Below are positions 60,874-64,000 of a DNA stretch of 64,000 nucleotides, piece by piece; position 1 is the first letter of the stretch, and each line of letters begins with the position of its first letter. Source of the DNA: Candidatus Krumholzibacteriota bacterium (GTDB lineage Bacteria > Krumholzibacteriota > Krumholzibacteriia > LZORAL124-64-63). The translations under genes were made by a program, and so were the position numbers. The notes beneath the pieces are model-generated. The model saw nothing but the letters and a program-made list of their open reading frames with translations, had not been told where the DNA came from and made no database searches. The stretch lies in assembly GCA_039714075.1 (NCBI GenBank), contig JBDLKA010000001.1, positions 96,001 through 160,000 on the forward strand. Direction: 5' to 3'.

Positions 60874-62190
60874 ATGTCTGAAAAGCTGCAGATCCAACCT
60901 GCTTCCGGGAAACTGGGCATCCTGACGCCCGGCATGGGAGCCGTGTCCACCACCTTCATCGCCGGTGTCCACGCCATAAGGGACGGCCTGCGTCTGCCCA
61001 TCGGAAGTTTTACCCAGATGGCTCACATCAGGCTGGGCAAGCGAACCGATGACCGCCAACCCCTGGTGCGGAATTTCGTCCCCTTGACCGAGCTTGGCGA
61101 CCTGGCCTTCGGCGGGTGGGATATTTTCGAGGACTCGGTCTACGATGCCGCCGTCAACGCCGGCGTCCTGGAAAAGGAACTGCTGGACCAGCTCAAGCCG
61201 CAGCTGGAAAAGATCAAGCCCATGAAGGCCGTGTTCGACCAGTACTACGTAAAGAAGCTTGAAGGAACGCATGTCAAGACGGGCACCAAGATGGAAATGG
61301 CCGAGGCCCTCATGGAAGACATGGAGAACTTCAAGAAGGAGAACGGCTGCGACCGTCTGGTGATGGTGTGGTGCGGTTCAACGGAGATCTTCATGAAGCC
61401 GACCGAGGTCCACCAGACCCTGGCGGCCTTCGAAAAGGGCCTGCGCGAAGACAGCCGGGACATCCCCCCGAGCATGATCTACGCCTACGCCGCCATCAAG
61501 ATGGGCGTGCCCTACGCCAACGGCGCTCCCAACCTGAGCGGCGATGTTCCCGCCCTCGAAGAGCTGGCCAAGGAGACCCGCGCCGGTGTCTGCGGCAAGG
61601 ACTTCAAGACCGGCCAGACGCTGATGAAGACCATCCTGGCCCCCGGGTTCAAGGCGCGCCAGCTGGGTCTGTCCGGCTGGTTCTCCACCAACATCCTGGG
61701 CAACCGGGACGGCGAGGTCCTGGATGATCCCGAGTCCTTCAAGACCAAGGAAGAGTCCAAGCTCAGCGTGCTGGACAGCATCCTGCAGCCGGACCTGTAC
61801 CCCGACCTGTACGGCAACCTCTACCACAAGGTGCGGATCAACTACTATCCGCCCCGCGGCGACAACAAGGAAGGCTGGGACAACATCGACATCTTCGGCT
61901 GGTGCGGACGCCCCATGCAGATCAAGGTCGATTTCCTGTGCCGCGACTCCATCCTGGCCGCGCCCCTGGTGCTGGACCTCGCCCTCCTGCTGGATCTGGG
62001 CAAGCGCGCCGGTTTGCCGGGCGGCATCCAGGAGTGGCTGTCCTTCTACTTCAAGAGTCCCGTGACTCCTGACGGCCTGACCCCGGAGCATGACATCTTC
62101 ATCCAACAGACAAAGCTGAAGAACACTTTGCGCTGGATGATGGGCGAAGAGGTCATCACCCACCTGGGCCGGGAATATTACGACGGTTGA
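60874..62190 (+). CDS. ino1: myo-Inositol-1-phosphate synthase
   Basis: GGWD, GKDFKTGQT.MK, NILGNRDG, GDNKE, DSILAAPL, SFYFKSP. Confidence 0.95.
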   Translation: MSEKLQIQPASGKLGILTPGMGAVSTTFIAGVHAIRDGLRLPIGSFTQMAHIRLGKRTDDRQPLVRNFVPLTELGDLAFGGWDIFEDSVYDAAVNAGVLEKELLDQLKPQLEKIKPMKAVFDQYYVKKLEGTHVKTGTKMEMAEALMEDMENFKKENGCDRLVMVWCGSTEIFMKPTEVHQTLAAFEKGLREDSRDIPPSMIYAYAAIKMGVPYANGAPNLSGDVPALEELAKETRAGVCGKDFKTGQTLMKTILAPGFKARQLGLSGWFSTNILGNRDGEVLDDPESFKTKEESKLSVLDSILQPDLYPDLYGNLYHKVRINYYPPRGDNKEGWDNIDIFGWCGRPMQIKVDFLCRDSILAAPLVLDLALLLDLGKRAGLPGGIQEWLSFYFKSPVTPDGLTPEHDIFIQQTKLKNTLRWMMGEEVITHLGREYYDG

Positions 62191-62296
62191 CGGGCTTTGC
62201 GAACGCCTGCCGATCAATTGTCACGCCGGTCCCGGTTTCATCCGGGGCCGGCATTTTCATGCTTTACCGCCGACAACGACAAAGACGGGGACACAA

Positions 62297-62956
62297 ATGG
62301 ACTGGAAGATTGAAGTTCTGCCCGTAGGGCCGCTGCAGATGAACGCCGTCCTGCTTACGGGAAAGGGGTCCGACGGCGACGAGGCCATCCTGATCGATCC
62401 CGGTGAGGAACCCGCCCGACTGCTGGCCGCAATCGAAGCGTCCGGCTGCACCTTGAAAGCCCTGCTGGCCACCCACGGACACTTCGATCACGTGGGCGCG
62501 GCGGCGGCCGTCCAGAAAGTCCACGACCTGCCTCTGCGATGCCATGATCAGGACCTCCCCCTGATCGACGAGATGCCCTCCATCCAGATGGCCTACGGTT
62601 TCCCCGCCAGCGCCATTCCCAATTGCCTGCCCGACCTTGCCGACGGCACCGAAATCCCCTTTGCCGGAGGAGTCATCGAGGTCCGGCACGTTCCCGGACA
62701 TTCGCCCGGCCAGGTGATGTTCGTTCTGCCACGGCCCCGAACCGGGCCCGGACCAGGTTGCGCCATTGTGGGCGACTGCCTGTTCGCCGGCTCCATCGGC
62801 CGGACCGATCTGCCGGGTGGGGATTTTTCGACCCTGGAAAAAAGCATCCGGGAGCGCATCTACACACTCCCGGATGACACTGTTGTGGTTTCGGGCCATG
62901 GACCCGACACGACCGTCGGCCGCGAAAAATCGAGCAACCCTTTCGTGCAGGGCTGA
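62297..62956 (+). CDS. Metallo-beta-lactamase-fold hydrolase (glyoxalase II/YcbL-like)
   Basis: THGHFDH, PGHSPG, GD.LFAGSIGRTDLPGG, GHG. Confidence 0.92.
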   Translation: MDWKIEVLPVGPLQMNAVLLTGKGSDGDEAILIDPGEEPARLLAAIEASGCTLKALLATHGHFDHVGAAAAVQKVHDLPLRCHDQDLPLIDEMPSIQMAYGFPASAIPNCLPDLADGTEIPFAGGVIEVRHVPGHSPGQVMFVLPRPRTGPGPGCAIVGDCLFAGSIGRTDLPGGDFSTLEKSIRERIYTLPDDTVVVSGHGPDTTVGREKSSNPFVQG

Positions 62957-62982
62957 CCGGGACCTGCCGGGACGAAGGAGGC

Positions 62983-63822
62983 CTAACCGGCTTCCTTCTC
63001 CTTGGCCAGTTCCGCGGCTTCCCTGATCTCCACCTTTTTCTTTTCCAGCTTCTGGTGTTTCTTCAGGAATTCCTTCTTGATCCAGTCCCGGTACAGCGAG
63101 GCGCCGAGACAGCCCGAATCGTAGGCGTAGATGCTCTGGAAGTTGGCCGGAGCTTCCTCGATCTTGATATTGTTGGTGATGATGGTCTTAAAGATATCGG
63201 CCGCCGGGAAAACCTGCCCCATTTCGCGCCGCACGGGCTTTTGCAGGGGCGTCCGGCCGTCCTTCTGGGTGATGAGAACCCCCAGCAGCTGCAGCCAGAC
63301 ATTTTGCCTTTCCTGGATCTTCTCGATGAGGACCTTCATCTGGCGCAGGGTCGATACGGCCAGACCGCTGCACTGGCTGGGGATCAAGGCGTAGTCGGCC
63401 GCCACCAGCGCATTCTGGGTCAGGACGCCCAGATTGGGAGGCGTGTCGATGATGATCCACCCGTAGGAGGTCGAAAGCGACTCCACCACCTTGGCCAGCC
63501 TGTCGTTGATCTGGGTCTTGGCCATGCTCTCCAGGGAGGGATTGGCGGGCAGAATGTCGATATTCTCGTCATAGATGGTCGACGCGACCCCGTCCTGGGG
63601 CGTGATGGCGCGGCGCAGAACATCGAAAATGCTGCGGGCGGGCGGCTCCCCGTCCAGTTTACCCAGCAGAGTGCTGGTCGCGCTGCCATGGGGATCCATG
63701 TCGATGACCAGGCAGGATGAGGTGACGTCACTGTAGCGAGTCAATCCGGCGGCCAGATTGATAGCCGTTGTCGTTTTGCCGGTTCCACCCTTGTGATTCA
63801 CAACTGCAATGATATTACTCAT
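62983..63822 (-). CDS. ParA/Soj-family ATPase
   Basis: NHKGGTGKTT deviant Walker A, DMDP.G, IDTPPNLG..T.NAL.AAD. Confidence 0.92.
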   Translation of the reverse strand: MSNIIAVVNHKGGTGKTTTAINLAAGLTRYSDVTSSCLVIDMDPHGSATSTLLGKLDGEPPARSIFDVLRRAITPQDGVASTIYDENIDILPANPSLESMAKTQINDRLAKVVESLSTSYGWIIIDTPPNLGVLTQNALVAADYALIPSQCSGLAVSTLRQMKVLIEKIQERQNVWLQLLGVLITQKDGRTPLQKPVRREMGQVFPAADIFKTIITNNIKIEEAPANFQSIYAYDSGCLGASLYRDWIKKEFLKKHQKLEKKKVEIREAAELAKEKEAG

Positions 63823-64000
63823 TTAACAATCCCCTGGAAAGTTTCAAGGCCAATCTGAGCATAAACAGCGGTTAAGAAATATAATCCCAAACCCTTACAG
63901 GTGAAAGAAAAAAGGATCTCAAGCCTGTTTTTGTCCCCCATAGGGGACATTTATTTGCCTAATCATCAGATTCTGGCCTGGATTCCAATCAGGAACTCAA

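Overview
GC-rich chromosomal segment from a diderm bacterium (LptE, Wza, Gram-negative-type DnaK). The FlgD-Ig/T9SS-like C-terminal domain, the short ...SFGSVKSLYR tails and the pheT-zapB-zapA-6S-rny order suggest an FCB-related candidate phylum such as Krumholzibacteriota or Latescibacterota (inference, not proven). Most of the window is housekeeping: mutL-miaA, der-plsY-gpsA, surE-pcm-nlpD-like-apt, holA-lptE, recN-nadK-dxs-ispA-folD-rny, thrS-infC-rpmI-rplT-pheST, dnaK, ino1, two surface-polysaccharide clusters, nine tRNAs, a 6S RNA and an L20-leader-like attenuator. The most unusual element is a family of five paralogous, unannotated secreted proteins of about 203 aa. They share a signal peptide, a conserved Cys pair and a C-terminal EEASFGSVKSL(Y/F)R tail. 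All five lie at tRNA loci: two singletons and a tandem triplet with a 788-bp period, in which the promoter and terminator are duplicated along with the gene. The copies show mosaic sequence sharing. A 14-repeat LVIVD protein behind tRNA-Pro is bounded by an exact 14-bp direct repeat that overlaps its start and stop codons. No integrase, transposase, reverse transcriptase or CRISPR array was seen.
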